The notes under the pieces: model-generated
Told to the model about the DNA's origin: nothing
What the model saw: only the letters and a program-made list of their open reading frames with translations
The model's database searches: none
Shown: positions 27,512 to 38,774 of the stretch, one piece after another
Position numbering within the stretch: position 1 is the first letter of the stretch
Layout: every line of letters begins with the position of its first letter
Translations under genes and position numbers: made by a program
Source of the DNA: Vicinamibacteria bacterium
GTDB taxonomy: Bacteria; Acidobacteriota; Vicinamibacteria; Marinacidobacterales; Marinacidobacteraceae
DNA length: 64,000 nt
Direction of reading: 5' to 3'
Assembly (NCBI GenBank): GCA_964291235.2
Contig: OZ219816.1
Coordinates: 448,001-512,000 of the forward strand

Positions 27512-28295
27512 GATCTTCCTCGGACCCCGGGGTGCCGGGGTTCTGCTTTCTGGGCTCCGCCAGAATCCACGGCCCACCCTCCATAACGGCGATGGATCGT
27601 TCGAAGTGCGCCGACACGCTGCCGTCCGCAGTAACGACCGTCCACCGATCCCTCTTCACCCGAACGTCCGGGCTTCCGCGATTCACCATCGGCTCAATCG
27701 CGATCACCGCACCCGGTATCAAGCGGGTCCGCTTCCGTGGATCATAGAAGTTCGGAATCCAGGGCTCGGCGTGGAGACTCGTTCCGATCCCGTGCCCGCC
27801 GTACTCGCGCACCACGGAGTAACCGTGGCCCTCGGCATGCGCCTGCACCGCCTGCCCGATGTCCGAGATGCTGTTACCAGGACGCGCAGCCCCGATTCCC
27901 GCATACAGAGCCCCCTCGGTCACCTCAAGCAGTCGCGCCACCTCGTCGTCGATCTGGCCGACGGCGACGGTGGTGGCGTTGTCACCGTAGTACCCGTCAA
28001 CGATGCAGCCGAAATCGAGGCTCACGATGTCGCCCTCCTTCAGCTTTCGCCAACGGGACGGGATGCCGTGGACGACTTCGTCATTGACGGAAACGCACAG
28101 GGTCGCAGGAAAGCCCTGGTATCCCTTGAAGGCCGGCGGAACGCCGTGGCGCTTCAGGTTGTCGGCGGCGACCCGGTCAAGATGAGCCGTGGTCACCCCT
28201 GGCTCCACCGTGCGGGCGAGCAGGTCCAGAGTCTCCACGGTGATCGCGTTGGCCTGGTGGAGCTTGTCCAGCTCGGCGTCGGATCTGGAAATCAT
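27504..28295 (-). CDS. map: Methionine aminopeptidase type I
   Basis: [14 protein letters not shown]...DG..GD, GHGIG, AIEPM, SAHFE; ATGA overlap with adk. Confidence 0.97.
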   Translation of the reverse strand: MISRSDAELDKLHQANAITVETLDLLARTVEPGVTTAHLDRVAADNLKRHGVPPAFKGYQGFPATLCVSVNDEVVHGIPSRWRKLKEGDIVSLDFGCIVDGYYGDNATTVAVGQIDDEVARLLEVTEGALYAGIGAARPGNSISDIGQAVQAHAEGHGYSVVREYGGHGIGTSLHAEPWIPNFYDPRKRTRLIPGAVIAIEPMVNRGSPDVRVKRDRWTVVTADGSVSAHFERSIAVMEGGPWILAEPRKQNPGTPGSEEDHV

Positions 28296-28888
28296 CGGGT
28301 CACCAACTCGGGGCTCGCCGACCCGGCCGCCACGAACGGCAAGGCCGCGCACAGCCGGTCGAAGACTTCGTCCCGGGACCCAAGCCCGGAAATGTGGGCC
28401 ACCCGGCCCCCGTAGTAGTCGAGGAGCGGATAGGACTCGGACTCGTACACCGCAAGCCGGCGGCGAAACGCCTCCTCGCTGTCGTCCTGCCTGCCGTCAG
28501 TCCCGCGCCGGCCGCGTACGCGCGCGCCGAGTTCCTCCGGCGGCACGGCGATGTTCGCGATCCACTCGGTAGCCCCGAGCTTCGACAACACTTCGGCCAG
28601 CGTCTCGGCCTGCGCGCGGTTCCGCGGGTAGCCATCAAGGATGAAACCTCGACGGCAGTCGGGGGCGGCGATCCGCTCCTCCACGATTCCCAGCACGATT
28701 CGGTCGCTCACCAGCTGGCCGGCCGCCATGACTTCCCGGGCCGCCATCCCGAGTCTGGTGCCGTCCTCGACGGCCTGCCGAAGAATGGCCCCGGTCGAGA
28801 TGTGGGGCAAGCCAAGACTCTCGGCGAGACGGATCGCCTGCGTTCCCTTTCCGGATCCGGGGGCGCCGAGAAGAATGATGGCGTTCAT
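28292..28888 (-). CDS. adk: Adenylate kinase (short form without a LID domain)
   Basis: GAPGSGKGTQA, HISTG, GFILDGYPR, GR.DD. Confidence 0.96.
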   Translation of the reverse strand: MNAIILLGAPGSGKGTQAIRLAESLGLPHISTGAILRQAVEDGTRLGMAAREVMAAGQLVSDRIVLGIVEERIAAPDCRRGFILDGYPRNRAQAETLAEVLSKLGATEWIANIAVPPEELGARVRGRRGTDGRQDDSEEAFRRRLAVYESESYPLLDYYGGRVAHISGLGSRDEVFDRLCAALPFVAAGSASPELVTR

Positions 28889-28904
28889 GTCAGATCCCGA
28901 CACG

Positions 28905-30290
28905 TCACCCGCGCCGTCCACGAATGCGGCCCCGTTGCAGGAAACCGTCGTAGTTGCGCATGATGAGCTGGCTCTCCACCTGCTGCGCCGTGTCCATGGC
29001 GACGCCGACGACAATGAGGATGGAGGTTCCCCCAAAGTAGAAGGTCACTCCCATTCCTTCGGTGACGAAGGTCGGCAGGACCGAGTCGAGCCACGGCCCG
29101 ATCACCGGAATCGGCGCCACCGTGAACCCGTTCAGAAGAAACTCGGGCAGGACTGCGACCGCGGCGAGATAGATCGCACCCACGAAAGTGAGCTTGCCGA
29201 GGACAGCGTCCAGGTAGCGCGCCGTGGGACGTCCCGGCCGGATTCCCGGCACGTAACCGCCGCTCTTCCGCATGTTGTCCGCAACGTCCGCCGGCTTGAA
29301 GACGATGGCCGTGTAGAAGTAGCAGAAGAACAGGATGGACACCACGTAGAGCAGGGTGTAGAGCGGCATCCCCCAGCGAAGTTGCTCGGCGATCGCCGCC
29401 ATCCAGCGGCTCTCGGTGAACAGCGACGCGAACGTCTGCGGCAGGGCGATGATCGAGCTGGCGAAGATCACCGGAATCACGCCCCCGGTGTTGATCTTGA
29501 GCGGGATGTGCGTGGATTGGCCCTGGTACATCCGCCGACCCACGAACCGCTTCGCGTACTGAACCGGAACCCGCCGCTGGCCTCGCTCGATGAACACGAT
29601 GAAGGCCAGCACGGCGATCATGAAGATGATCAGGATGGCCACCCCGAAGACCGTCTGCTGACCGACCCTGATGTTCTGAACCGTGGTGAGGATCGCCGAC
29701 GGGAACATGACGACGATCCCCGCGAAAATCAGCAGCGACATCCCGTTGCCGACTCCGCGCTCGGTGATCTGCTCGCCGATCCACATGATGAACACCGTTC
29801 CGGCGGTCATCGTGAGGATGGTCATCAGAGTGAACGCCACCCCGGGTTCGTTGACCAGGTTCATCCCGTCCGGCAGGCTCTGGCTCTGCAGGAAGACCGC
29901 AATGCTCGCTGACTGGATCACCGCCAGAATGACGGTGCCGTAGCGGGTGTACTGCGTGATCTTCTTGCGGCCGAGTTCACCCTCCTTGCTGAGCTTCTCG
30001 AGGTACGGCCATACCAGCGTCAGAAGCTGCAGGATGATGGACGCGCTGATATACGGCATGATGCCGAGCGCGAACACGGTGACCTGCGAGAGGTTGCCCC
30101 CGGAGAACATGTCCACGAACCCGAACCAGGTTGCGCGGTTCTGCTCGAAGAACGCGGTCAGCGCGGCCGGGTTGACACCGGGCGTGGGGACGTGGTTTCC
30201 GAGCCGATAGACGGCAAGCATCGCGAGCGTGAACAGAATCCGGGTACGGAGATCCGGAATCCGGACGATGCTGCGGACGGCGTTGATCAC
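28905..30290 (-). CDS. secY: Preprotein translocase subunit SecY
   Basis: [46 protein letters not shown]. Confidence 0.98.
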   Translation of the reverse strand: MINAVRSIVRIPDLRTRILFTLAMLAVYRLGNHVPTPGVNPAALTAFFEQNRATWFGFVDMFSGGNLSQVTVFALGIMPYISASIILQLLTLVWPYLEKLSKEGELGRKKITQYTRYGTVILAVIQSASIAVFLQSQSLPDGMNLVNEPGVAFTLMTILTMTAGTVFIMWIGEQITERGVGNGMSLLIFAGIVVMFPSAILTTVQNIRVGQQTVFGVAILIIFMIAVLAFIVFIERGQRRVPVQYAKRFVGRRMYQGQSTHIPLKINTGGVIPVIFASSIIALPQTFASLFTESRWMAAIAEQLRWGMPLYTLLYVVSILFFCYFYTAIVFKPADVADNMRKSGGYVPGIRPGRPTARYLDAVLGKLTFVGAIYLAAVAVLPEFLLNGFTVAPIPVIGPWLDSVLPTFVTEGMGVTFYFGGTSILIVVGVAMDTAQQVESQLIMRNYDGFLQRGRIRGRRG

Positions 30291-30811
30291 TTCTGGCTGT
30301 CGGACTTCTCGGCGTTCCCGCCGATGATTTCTACGGTCCCGCCCGCGGCTTCGATCTTCCGGCGAGCGGAAGCGCTGAACGCATGGGCGCTCACGGTGAG
30401 CCGGCGATCCAACTCACCCCCGCCAAGGACCTTGATGCGGTAAGGGCGAGGCCGGACCAGCAACGCGGGTCCGTCCGGATCGGCACGGTAGATTCGCGCC
30501 CCCTGGACCAGGCGGGCCGCCACCAGTTCGATTTCGCCGACGGTGGCGCCGTCCTCGAAGCGGTTGAGGTCGCTGAGGTTGACGATCTCCTGGCGGATTC
30601 GGAAGATGTTGGTGAAACCACGCTTCGGCACCCGGCGGATCAGAGGCATCTGGCCCCCTTCAAAACCGCGGCGAAGCGAATACCCGGACCGCGAGCGGGC
30701 TCCCTTGTGACCCCGCCCGGCGGTCTTGCCGGTCCCGGACCCAGGACCGCGTCCCACTCGCTTGCGTGTACGGACAGCGCCCTCGGGCGGCGCCAGTTCA
30801 TGAAGGCTCAC
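30287..30811 (-). CDS. rplO: 50S ribosomal protein L15
   Basis: [34 protein letters not shown]. Confidence 0.97.
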   Translation of the reverse strand: MSLHELAPPEGAVRTRKRVGRGPGSGTGKTAGRGHKGARSRSGYSLRRGFEGGQMPLIRRVPKRGFTNIFRIRQEIVNLSDLNRFEDGATVGEIELVAARLVQGARIYRADPDGPALLVRPRPYRIKVLGGGELDRRLTVSAHAFSASARRKIEAAGGTVEIIGGNAEKSDSQK

Positions 30812-30823
30812 TTGTCTCGGTCC

Positions 30824-31072
30824 TCATTCACCGCCGGCCCGATTCTTCGACGATGCCGACTCTTCGACGATGCGGACAAGGTGCGGAATCCGTCGCACCA
30901 TGCCGCGGATCATCGGGTTATCCGGCCGGGAAACCGTCGCTCCCAGCTTGCGAAGCCCCAACCCCTTCACGACTTCGCGCTGATAGCGCGTCGTGCCGGC
31001 CAATCCCCGCACGAGCTGTACGACGATCGTCGCCTTCTCGGGCGCGGCAGCGGTTTCTTCTGGCTGTGTCAT
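30824..31072 (-). CDS. rpmD: 50S ribosomal protein L30
   Basis: IVVQLVRG..G...YQ...VKGLGLRK...[14 protein letters not shown]; position between rpsE and rplO. Confidence 0.92.
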   Translation of the reverse strand: MTQPEETAAAPEKATIVVQLVRGLAGTTRYQREVVKGLGLRKLGATVSRPDNPMIRGMVRRIPHLVRIVEESASSKNRAGGE

Positions 31073-31086
31073 GGCTCTTTTCGCGA

Positions 31087-31653
31087 CTACGCGCGGATCT
31101 CCGACTCGATGTGGCTCACGTCCTTGCCCCGAAGCTCCGCAACCGCGGTCTTGGAGCGCAGGGAGAGCAGCGCGACCATCGTCGCTTCCACGACGTTCTT
31201 GGGGTTCGCGGTACCGAGCGATTTGGTCAGGATGTCCTTGATTCCAGCAAGCTCGATGACCGCGCGCACCGGTCCCCCGGCGATGACGCCGGTTCCCTCG
31301 GAAGCGGGTTTCAGGAGGACCCGCCCCGCTCCGAACACGCCAACGATCTCGTGAGCGATCGTGTTCCCCTCGCGGGGAATCGCCGTCAAGTTCTTCTTGG
31401 CGATCTCGATTCCCTTCTTGATGGCCGCCGGCACCTCGCGCGCCTTCCCGAGTCCGAACCCCACGCGGCCGTCCTCGTTGCCAACCACGACCAGCGCGGA
31501 AAAGGACAGGTTCTTGCCGCCCTTGACCACCTTGGTCACCCGGTTGATGGAGACCACCTTGTCCTTCAGGTCCGGATCGCCGGTGCGATCCACCTGGGTA
31601 TTGCGGGAACCGCTGCGAGACCGCGGACGGCCGCCGGAATCCATGTTCAGCAC
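31087..31653 (-). CDS. rpsE: 30S ribosomal protein S5
   Basis: [32 protein letters not shown]. Confidence 0.98.
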   Translation of the reverse strand: MLNMDSGGRPRSRSGSRNTQVDRTGDPDLKDKVVSINRVTKVVKGGKNLSFSALVVVGNEDGRVGFGLGKAREVPAAIKKGIEIAKKNLTAIPREGNTIAHEIVGVFGAGRVLLKPASEGTGVIAGGPVRAVIELAGIKDILTKSLGTANPKNVVEATMVALLSLRSKTAVAELRGKDVSHIESEIRA

Positions 31654-32000
31654 TGGACGCCTCCATTCCTCACCGCGTCGGCGAGCGCCTTGACCCGGCC
31701 GTGATACTGGGTGCCGCCCCGATCGAACACCACGACCTCGATGCCGGCCGCCCGCGCGCGTTCGGCCAGTTTCTCGCCCACCAGGGTGGCGCCCCGGGCG
31801 TTGCCGCCGTTTTCGATGCCGGCCTCGCGGCTGCCCGCGGCAACCAGGGTCTGGCCCGCGGAGTCATCGATCACCTGCGCGTAGATGTGTTGCAACGATC
31901 GGTACACCGCAAGCCGCGGCCGCTCGGAGGTTCCGACGATCTTCCGGCGAATGCGGGCATGAATTCGCCGCCTTCGCTGGCGGCGGGTAGTGAGTCGCAT
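31647..32000 (-). CDS. rplR: 50S ribosomal protein L18
   Basis: [31 protein letters not shown]. Confidence 0.98.
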   Translation of the reverse strand: MRLTTRRQRRRRIHARIRRKIVGTSERPRLAVYRSLQHIYAQVIDDSAGQTLVAAGSREAGIENGGNARGATLVGEKLAERARAAGIEVVVFDRGGTQYHGRVKALADAVRNGGVQC

Positions 32001-32060
32001 CTCTTCCGTCCTCGGGTCCTTGTTGTCGAGTTCTGGGTTGTCGAGTTCTGGTCCTCGGGA

Positions 32061-32594
32061 TCAGGCGCCGGTCTTGCCGGCCTTCTTGATGAGGCGTTCG
32101 CCGGTATAGCGAACCCCCTTCTGTTTGTACGGGTCCGGTTTTCTGAGGGCGCGCATGCGCGCCGCCAGCTGTCCGACGGCCTGCTTGTCAGCGCCCGACA
32201 CGACGACGTGGGTGTTCTTCTCGATCTGTACGTCGATACCGTCAGGGAGCGCCAGCTCGATCGGATGGGAGTAGCCCAGCGCAAAGGAGACGTGGCGGCC
32301 TTTCACCTGCGCTCGGTAGCCGACCCCCACGATGTCCAGTTCCTTCTTGAAGCCTTCCGAGACTCCCGTAACCGCGTTCGCGAGGAGCGCCCGGGTCAGC
32401 CCCCAATAGGCCCGGTTCCCGGAACTCTCGGCGAGCGACACCTGGGCCACGTTCCCCTCAAGCTGCACACAAACGCCCGGGAGAAGCGGGCTGGTGAGGA
32501 CGCCTTTCGGCCCCTTCACGCGAACTTGCGAACTCTCGATCGTGATCGAGACCCCGGACGGAACCGGAATTGACTTGGCGCCTATGCGGGACAT
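32061..32594 (-). CDS. rplF: 50S ribosomal protein L6
   Basis: MSRIG, VKGPKG, GVGYRA, LGYSHP, PDPYK.KGVRY. Confidence 0.98.
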   Translation of the reverse strand: MSRIGAKSIPVPSGVSITIESSQVRVKGPKGVLTSPLLPGVCVQLEGNVAQVSLAESSGNRAYWGLTRALLANAVTGVSEGFKKELDIVGVGYRAQVKGRHVSFALGYSHPIELALPDGIDVQIEKNTHVVVSGADKQAVGQLAARMRALRKPDPYKQKGVRYTGERLIKKAGKTGA

Positions 32595-32610
32595 GACAAC
32601 AACCTTCGGC

Positions 32611-33006
32611 CTACCACACCTGGCAGAGCACTTCTCCACCTACGCCGAGATGCCGCGCCTGGCGACCCGTCATGACTCCGCGGGACGTGGAAAGCACGGT
32701 GATCCCGAGTCCTCCCTGTGCCTTGGGAATCTTCTGGTGCGACACGTAGACGCGGATTCCCGGCCGGGATACCCGCTTCACCCCGCTCAAGGCGTCGCGA
32801 TTGCCGGGCAGCCGCCGCAACTTGATTCGGATCGCATCCTGCGGCGGAGAGGGCCGTCGCTCCCAACCGTCCACGTATCCCTCCTCGTGGAGGATGCGGG
32901 CGATTTCCTCTTTCAGCGTTGAGGCGGGAATTTCGACGAAGTCATGCCGCGCCTGAATCGCGTTGCGGATTCGGGTGAGCATGTCGGATACCGGGTCAGA
33001 CCACAT
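32611..33006 (-). CDS. rpsH: 30S ribosomal protein S8
   Basis: DPVSDMLTRIRNA, RVSRPG.RVY, STSRGVMT, GGEVLC.VW. Confidence 0.98.
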   Translation of the reverse strand: MWSDPVSDMLTRIRNAIQARHDFVEIPASTLKEEIARILHEEGYVDGWERRPSPPQDAIRIKLRRLPGNRDALSGVKRVSRPGIRVYVSHQKIPKAQGGLGITVLSTSRGVMTGRQARHLGVGGEVLCQVW

Positions 33007-33018
33007 CAGAAAGCCTCC

Positions 33019-33204
33019 CTACCAGCTCGCCTTGATGACGCCGGGAATCTCTCCCGCAAGCGCCAGCTTCCGGAAACACAAACGGCAGAGTCCGAATTTC
33101 CGCAGATAGGCCCGTGGGCGGCCGCAGCTGAGGCAGCGGCTGTAACGCCGCACCTCAAACTTCGGCCGCTTCTTTGCCTTGGCAATGAGTGACTTCTTCG
33201 CCAA
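33019..33204 (-). CDS. rpsZ: 30S ribosomal protein S14, type Z (Zn-binding)
   Basis: 61 aa; [27 protein letters not shown]. Confidence 0.96.
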   Translation of the reverse strand: MAKKSLIAKAKKRPKFEVRRYSRCLSCGRPRAYLRKFGLCRLCFRKLALAGEIPGVIKASW

Positions 33205-33235
33205 AACCCTTTCCTCTGCTTCTCAGCTCTTGAAA

Positions 33236-33784
33236 CTACGCTTCGCGGCGGGCGAACGGCATTCCGAAGGCGCGCAGTAACTCCCGCGCCTCATCGTCGC
33301 TCGTCGCGGTCGTGCAAATGGTCACGTTCATCCCGCGGGTCTTCTCGATTTTCGAATAGTCGATCTCGGGGAAGACGGACTGGTCCACGAGGCCCAGCGT
33401 GTAATTCCCGCGTCCATCGAAGGCCCGGTCCGAAACCCCGCGAAAGTCGTGCACCCGGGGCAGCGCGATGTTGATCAGTCGGTCCATGAACTCGTACATC
33501 CGGATTCCGCGCAGCGTGACCCGCGCCCCGACCGGCATTCCGTCCCGAATCTTGAAGTTGGCGATGGACTTGCGAGCCCGGGTAACGACCGGCCGCTGTC
33601 CGGCAATCGCCGTGAGATCCGCCACCGCCGCGTCAATGAATTTGTGCTCGCGCGATCCCTCTCCGACGCCCATGTTGATGACAACCTTGGTGACTCGGGG
33701 CACCGCATGAACGCTCGCAATCTCCAGCTTGGTCTTGAGTTCGGGAGCGATTGTCTCCCGATAACGGGAACGAAGGCGGCTCAC
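33236..33784 (-). CDS. rplE: 50S ribosomal protein L5
   Basis: [30 protein letters not shown]. Confidence 0.98.
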   Translation of the reverse strand: MSRLRSRYRETIAPELKTKLEIASVHAVPRVTKVVINMGVGEGSREHKFIDAAVADLTAIAGQRPVVTRARKSIANFKIRDGMPVGARVTLRGIRMYEFMDRLINIALPRVHDFRGVSDRAFDGRGNYTLGLVDQSVFPEIDYSKIEKTRGMNVTICTTATSDDEARELLRAFGMPFARREA

Positions 33785-34140
33785 TTGTCGATCACTCCCT
33801 GAGAACGGACGCTCACCCGGACTTTGCGTCCGTCGGTCAGACGGGTCCTTCCGGTCCGGGTCGGAAGGTTAGTCTCCGGATCCACGATCATGACGTTGCT
33901 GATCGCGATCGTGGCTTCCCGTTCGACCACCCCACCCTTGATGTTCTGCCGCGGGTTCGCCTTGGTGTGCCGCTTGATCATGTTGATTCCCTCAACGAGC
34001 ACACGTCCGGTTTCCGGAAAGACGCGCAGGATCCGTCCCCGCTTGCCCATGTCGCTTCCCGCCGTGACCTGCACCATGTCGTTCTTGCGGACGTGCAGAC
34101 GCCGCGGCGGAGACGCAATCTTCTTCCGGCCCATCGTCAC
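33781..34140 (-). CDS. rplX: 50S ribosomal protein L24
   Basis: KOW motif '[16 protein letters not shown]', VEGIN, ISNV; start may be ATG 34134. Confidence 0.96.
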   Translation of the reverse strand: MTMGRKKIASPPRRLHVRKNDMVQVTAGSDMGKRGRILRVFPETGRVLVEGINMIKRHTKANPRQNIKGGVVEREATIAISNVMIVDPETNLPTRTGRTRLTDGRKVRVSVRSQGVIDK

Positions 34141-34505
34141 AAGACCTCCGGCGCCAGCGACACGATCTTCATGAACTGCCGCTCGCGCAGTTCACGGGCA
34201 ACCGGGCCGAAAACCCGAGTTCCGGTGGGTTCGCGCTGTTCGTTGATCAACACGGCGGCGTTGTCGCCGAAGCGGATGTAGGAACCGTCCGCCCTGCGGT
34301 GCTCCTTTCTGGTGCGCACGATCACGGCCTTCACTACCGTGCCCTTCTTGACCGCGCTCCCCGGAGCCGCCTCACGGACCGAAGCCGTAATGACGTCCCC
34401 GAGCCGGGCGATGCGGCCCACCCCGCCCCCGAGCGGCAGAATGCAGGTGACCCGGCGAGCGCCCGAGTTGTCAGCGACCTGCAGCACCGACTGCATCTGA
34501 ATCAT
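34137..34505 (-). CDS. rplN: 50S ribosomal protein L14
   Basis: [34 protein letters not shown]. Confidence 0.98.
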   Translation of the reverse strand: MIQMQSVLQVADNSGARRVTCILPLGGGVGRIARLGDVITASVREAAPGSAVKKGTVVKAVIVRTRKEHRRADGSYIRFGDNAAVLINEQREPTGTRVFGPVARELRERQFMKIVSLAPEVL

Positions 34506-34747
34506 GTGGCACGCTCCAGAATCTTGAGCAGCCGGAAGCGCTTCGTCCGGGACAAGGGACGACATTCCTCGATCTGAACCCGGTCTCCGACGCGGCCCTC
34601 GTTCTGCTCATCGTGCACCGCAAAGCGCGTGGACTTGCGATACCGGCGCTTGTACAGCCGGTGTTCCACCAGCCGCTCCACACGCACGGTAATGGTTTTC
34701 TCGGCGCCGCTGGCAACCACGGTTCCGCTCCTGATCAGTCTTGGCAT
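34502..34747 (-). CDS. rpsQ: 30S ribosomal protein S17
   Basis: KTITV.VER...H.LY, HDE.N...[13 protein letters not shown]. Confidence 0.97.
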   Translation of the reverse strand: MPRLIRSGTVVASGAEKTITVRVERLVEHRLYKRRYRKSTRFAVHDEQNEGRVGDRVQIEECRPLSRTKRFRLLKILERAT

Positions 34748-34794
34748 GACGTTTCTCGTACTGGCCTTGTCGTTGTGGTTCTGCTCGCCGGCTC

Positions 34795-35025
34795 TCAGGA
34801 ACCGGAAGCGTTGCTCCCGGGAGAATCGCTCCCGATCTGGAGCTCACGCTCCCTCATGATGGTTTGGAGTCGGGCAACCTCGCGCCGCAGCATCTTGACC
34901 TTGTGCGTGTGCCCGAGCTGACCCGTAGCGGCTTCCAGCCGGGCATCGAAGAGTTGCCGGGTCACTTCCTGCTGCTTCCGCAGCAGTTCCTCGTGGGTCA
35001 ACTCACGAATCCGGGCTGCCTTCAC
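34795..35025 (-). CDS. rpmC: 50S ribosomal protein L29
   Basis: GTG start overlapping the rplP stop; 'ATGQL...H....[10 protein letters not shown]'. Confidence 0.93.
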   Translation of the reverse strand: MKAARIRELTHEELLRKQQEVTRQLFDARLEAATGQLGHTHKVKMLRREVARLQTIMRERELQIGSDSPGSNASGS

Positions 35026-35444
35026 GACGTCTCCTCCTCGAAGCGTCCGACGAACTGTGTGCGCACCGGAAGCTTGTGGCCCGCCCGGCGCATCGCCTCG
35101 ACGGCCTGCTCCCGGCTGACGCCTTCCATTTCGAAAAGGACCCGCCCCGGGCGTACCACGGCGACCCATCCTTCGGGGCCGCCCTTTCCCTTACCCATTC
35201 GGGTTTCCTGGGGTTTCTTCGTGAGTGGCTTGTCCGGAAAGATCCGAATCCAGACCCGGCCGGTCCGACGCACGAAACGGGTGATCGCCACCCGCGCCGA
35301 CTCTATCTGGCGATTCGTGATCCATCCCGGTTCGAGCGTCTTGAGACCGAAGTCTCCGAACGCCACGGTCTGCCCCGTCCAGGACTTGCCGCGCATACGG
35401 CCGCGCTGCTGTTTCCGGTACCGGGTCTTCTTCGGCATCAGCAT
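35022..35444 (-). CDS. rplP: 50S ribosomal protein L16
   Basis: [31 protein letters not shown]. Confidence 0.98.
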   Translation of the reverse strand: MLMPKKTRYRKQQRGRMRGKSWTGQTVAFGDFGLKTLEPGWITNRQIESARVAITRFVRRTGRVWIRIFPDKPLTKKPQETRMGKGKGGPEGWVAVVRPGRVLFEMEGVSREQAVEAMRRAGHKLPVRTQFVGRFEEETS

Positions 35445-35475
35445 GGCGTTTTACCTCCCGGATCCTTTCTGGGGC

Positions 35476-36174
35476 TCACCCAGCGCTCGGTCCTTCGGAG
35501 CTGGAAGCTCCCGGCCGCGGCGCGATCTCCGAACTCCCGGACTTACTGACAACATCGCTGACGCCTCGATAGACCCAGCACTTGACGCCGATCTGACCGT
35601 AGGTCGTAAAGGCCTCGGCAAGCCCGTATTCGATGTCGGCGCGCAGCGTGTGAAGGGGGAGTTGCCCCTCCAGGTACCACTCGGCCCGAGCGATGTCGGC
35701 TCCGTTGAGCCGGCCCGCGCAGCGAATCCGAACTCCCTTGGCGCCGTTTCGCATGGTGTTCTCGACGGCCTTCCGCATCGCCCGGCGAAACGCGATGCGC
35801 TTCTCCAACTGGAGGGCGATGGACTCTGCCACCAGCTGCGGGTCGAGCTCCGGCTTGATGACCTCAAGAGGCCGAATGTGGACTTCCTTGCCGGTGCGCT
35901 TACGGAGATCCCGGGTGAGCTTCTCGACCTCGGTCCCCTTGCGCCCAATGATGATTCCGGGTCTCGAGGTGTGGATATAGATGTTGAGCTTGTTGCCCGG
36001 CCTCTCGATCTCGACCCGCGAGATACCCGCGTGGTACAGACGGCGCTTCAGCAGCCGCCGCAGCTTCAGGTCTTCATGTAGCGAATCCCGGTAGGAACTG
36101 TCCGCATACCAGCGGGAGCGCCAGGTCTTGCTGTACCCGAGCCTGAAACCGTGCGGGTGTACTTTTTGACCCAT
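35476..36174 (-). CDS. rpsC: 30S ribosomal protein S3
   Basis: [30 protein letters not shown]. Confidence 0.98.
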   Translation of the reverse strand: MGQKVHPHGFRLGYSKTWRSRWYADSSYRDSLHEDLKLRRLLKRRLYHAGISRVEIERPGNKLNIYIHTSRPGIIIGRKGTEVEKLTRDLRKRTGKEVHIRPLEVIKPELDPQLVAESIALQLEKRIAFRRAMRKAVENTMRNGAKGVRIRCAGRLNGADIARAEWYLEGQLPLHTLRADIEYGLAEAFTTYGQIGVKCWVYRGVSDVVSKSGSSEIAPRPGASSSEGPSAG

Positions 36175-36176
36175 TC

Positions 36177-36536
36177 CTATTCCTCTTCCACGGCAGTCAC
36201 GCGGATCGTGTAGTGGGTGGTCCGCCGCCGGATACGGCGAATGCGGGCCCGGCGGCCACTACGGGCGATCGCCCGCGCCGGTCCCTGGTCGGCAAACGCT
36301 TCGGTAACCATGAGCTTGTCCTCATCGATTCGTTTCGCCTCGCCAAGCGCCTTGGTCTGGGCATTCGCGATCGCCGATCGCAATACCTTTTCGATGATGG
36401 GCGCCGCGGCGCGATTCGTGTTCTGCAACACGGAAATGGCATCCGCCGCCGGCCTGTCCCGTATGAGGTCAAGAACGAGCCGCGCTTTCTGAACCGACCC
36501 AGGGACCGCCGTCGCCCGAGCAACCGCTTCGATCAC
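36177..36536 (-). CDS. rplV: 50S ribosomal protein L22
   Basis: [24 protein letters not shown]...RT.H.T; operon position; atypical hairpin loop. Confidence 0.93.
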   Translation of the reverse strand: MIEAVARATAVPGSVQKARLVLDLIRDRPAADAISVLQNTNRAAAPIIEKVLRSAIANAQTKALGEAKRIDEDKLMVTEAFADQGPARAIARSGRRARIRRIRRRTTHYTIRVTAVEEE

Positions 36537-36579
36537 CGTCTCACCCCCGTCCACGAGAAGCACGCCGGCATGGGCAGCC

Positions 36580-36864
36580 TCATCGCCGTGCTCTCGACTT
36601 CTCGGACTTCACCTTGTGACCCTTGAAGGTTCGCGTTGGCGAAAACTCACCGAGCTTGTGGCCGACCATGTTGTCCGTGATGTAAACCGGGATGAACTTG
36701 CGGCCGTTGTGCACGGCGAACGTCAGCCCGACCATCTGCGGCACGATCGTGGAGCGCCGCGACCAGGTCTTGATGATCGTCTGCCGACGCGCCGTATGTG
36801 CGTCCTCGACCTTGCGGATCAGGCTTTCCTCGATGTACGGGCCCTTCTGAATCGAACGCGGCAT
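36580..36864 (-). CDS. rpsS: 30S ribosomal protein S19
   Basis: [27 protein letters not shown]. Confidence 0.98.
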   Translation of the reverse strand: MPRSIQKGPYIEESLIRKVEDAHTARRQTIIKTWSRRSTIVPQMVGLTFAVHNGRKFIPVYITDNMVGHKLGEFSPTRTFKGHKVKSEKSRARR

Positions 36865-36910
36865 TCTGTGGTCCTTATGTGATCCCTTCTAGCTCCGGGT
36901 GTTTCCGCGG

Positions 36911-37744
36911 CTACCTTCTCCGGCGGCGGCGGGACCGAACGATCATCGAGTCCGTCCGCTTGTTGTTGCGGGTCTTGTGTCCCTTGGTCGGGACGCCCCA
37001 CGGGCTCACCGGGTGACGTCCTCCGGAACTCTTGCCCTCGCCGCCACCGTGAGGGTGATCCACCGGGTTCATCGTGACTCCCCGGTTGTGCGGCCGGCGT
37101 CCAAGCCAGCGCTTGCGGCCGGCCTTGCCCAGTTTCACGTTCTCGTGATCCACGTTGGACACCTGCCCGATGGTGGCGCGACACTCGCGGAGCACCCGGC
37201 GGACCTCTCCGGAGGGAAGTCGCACCTGCGCGTAGCGTCCCTCCTTGGCAACCAGCTGCACAAACGCTCCCGCGCTGCGGGCCATCTTCCCGCCGCCGCC
37301 GGGACGCAGCTCGACGTTGTGAATCGTGGCGCCGAGCGGGATTCGCTCGATCCGCAGCATGTTTCCCGGCGCGATCTCGGCAGTGTCGCTGGCCATGACG
37401 ACATCACCGACCTGCATGCCCACGGCGTGGAGGATGTAGCGCTTCTCGCCGTCGAGATAGTGCAGGAGAGCGATCCGGGCCGAACGATTGGGGTCGTACT
37501 CGATGGATGCCACCTTGCCGGGGACTTCCGGTTTCGCCCGTCGGAAATCGATCTCGCGGTGACGCCGCTTGTGACCGCCGCCGCGGAACCGGACCGTGAT
37601 ACGCCCGGCGCCATTCCGGCCGCCGCTCTGGCTCTTCCCCCGGGTCAGCCGTTTTTCCGGCGTGGTGGTGGTGAGTTCCTCGAATGTCTGAACGGTGTGG
37701 AACCGCCGTCCGGGGGAGGTCGGTCGGGACTTCTTGATAGCCAC
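36911..37744 (-). CDS. rplB: 50S ribosomal protein L2
   Basis: [21 protein letters not shown]. Confidence 0.99.
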   Translation of the reverse strand: MAIKKSRPTSPGRRFHTVQTFEELTTTTPEKRLTRGKSQSGGRNGAGRITVRFRGGGHKRRHREIDFRRAKPEVPGKVASIEYDPNRSARIALLHYLDGEKRYILHAVGMQVGDVVMASDTAEIAPGNMLRIERIPLGATIHNVELRPGGGGKMARSAGAFVQLVAKEGRYAQVRLPSGEVRRVLRECRATIGQVSNVDHENVKLGKAGRKRWLGRRPHNRGVTMNPVDHPHGGGEGKSSGGRHPVSPWGVPTKGHKTRNNKRTDSMIVRSRRRRRR

Positions 37745-37747
37745 TGC

Positions 37748-38038
37748 TCAGACTCCCTTGAAGATCTCGATGGTGTGGCCCTCTTTCAGGGTCACAAACG
37801 CCTTCTTCCAGTTGGGACGCCGGCCGACGAAACGTCCCCAACGCTTGTTCTTGCCCTGGAAGTTGGAAGTGCGAACGTCCTTTACTTCCACCTCGAAGAG
37901 ACTCTCGACAGCGGTACGGATCTGGATCTTGTTGGCCTTTCGGTCCACCCGAAAACAGACGACGTTCTGAGTCTCGCGAAGACGCTCCGCCTTTTCGGTG
38001 GTGAGCGGCTCAAGAATCACGCGGTCGGCTTCCATCAT
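37748..38038 (-). CDS. rplW: 50S ribosomal protein L23
   Basis: P..TEK, F.V...ANK.QI..AVE.LF.V.V, WKKA.VTL. Confidence 0.97.
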   Translation of the reverse strand: MMEADRVILEPLTTEKAERLRETQNVVCFRVDRKANKIQIRTAVESLFEVEVKDVRTSNFQGKNKRWGRFVGRRPNWKKAFVTLKEGHTIEIFKGV

Positions 38039-38748
38039 CAGCTCCCTGCTTCGGTCAGCTTCTGGGACAGCAAGGTCAGCGCTGAACGCCTGATGAGTAC
38101 GGTCTTCGCCTTGAGCACCTCGTAGCAGTGGAGGGCGGCCACCGAAACGACCTCGACTGTCGGCAGGTTTCTCGTGGACAGGTACAGCTCGTCCGATGGC
38201 GCCGCCTCCACGATGAGCACCCGGGTCTTCTTGGAATGCCACCCGGAATCCCACTCGCCCAGACGCCGCAGCACGGCCTTCGTGGAGGGACCCTCAAGAC
38301 CGAAGTCGTCGAAGATGCGCAGGCGCCCTTCGCCGGCGCAAAGCGAGAGCGCCGAACGAAGCGCGCCACGTTGCATCCGCCCAGGCAGGCGATAGCTGTA
38401 ATCGCGCGGCTGGGGACCGAAGACGGTCCCGCCGCCTCGCCACAACGGAGTCCGGCGGCTTCCAACCCGGGCATTGCCCGTGCCCTTCTGGCGCCAGGGC
38501 TTGCGGCCACCACCGGCAACCAGGCCGCGGCTCCGCGTCGCGTGGGTACCGGCGCGCCGCCCCGCCATGTACTGGCGTACGGCGTCGTAGTGGAGGCCGG
38601 GCTTCACCGGCACGGCGAACACGGCGGGATCAAGCTCCACTTCGCCGCCTCCGGAATCACGGGCCACGACGGACGCGGCGCGCTGTTCCGAATCTTCGGC
38701 TTCCGGTGCGCCTTCCGACGGAAGGGCCTTTTGCTCTGCCACGGTCAC
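38038..38748 (-). CDS. rplD: 50S ribosomal protein L4
   Basis: GGGRKPWRQKGTG.AR.GS, GGG..FGPQPRDY; GTG start approximate (38748 or 38742). Confidence 0.95.
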   Translation of the reverse strand: MTVAEQKALPSEGAPEAEDSEQRAASVVARDSGGGEVELDPAVFAVPVKPGLHYDAVRQYMAGRRAGTHATRSRGLVAGGGRKPWRQKGTGNARVGSRRTPLWRGGGTVFGPQPRDYSYRLPGRMQRGALRSALSLCAGEGRLRIFDDFGLEGPSTKAVLRRLGEWDSGWHSKKTRVLIVEAAPSDELYLSTRNLPTVEVVSVAALHCYEVLKAKTVLIRRSALTLLSQKLTEAGS

Positions 38749-38774
38749 TCTCGTTGTTCCTGTTGTGTCTCTCG

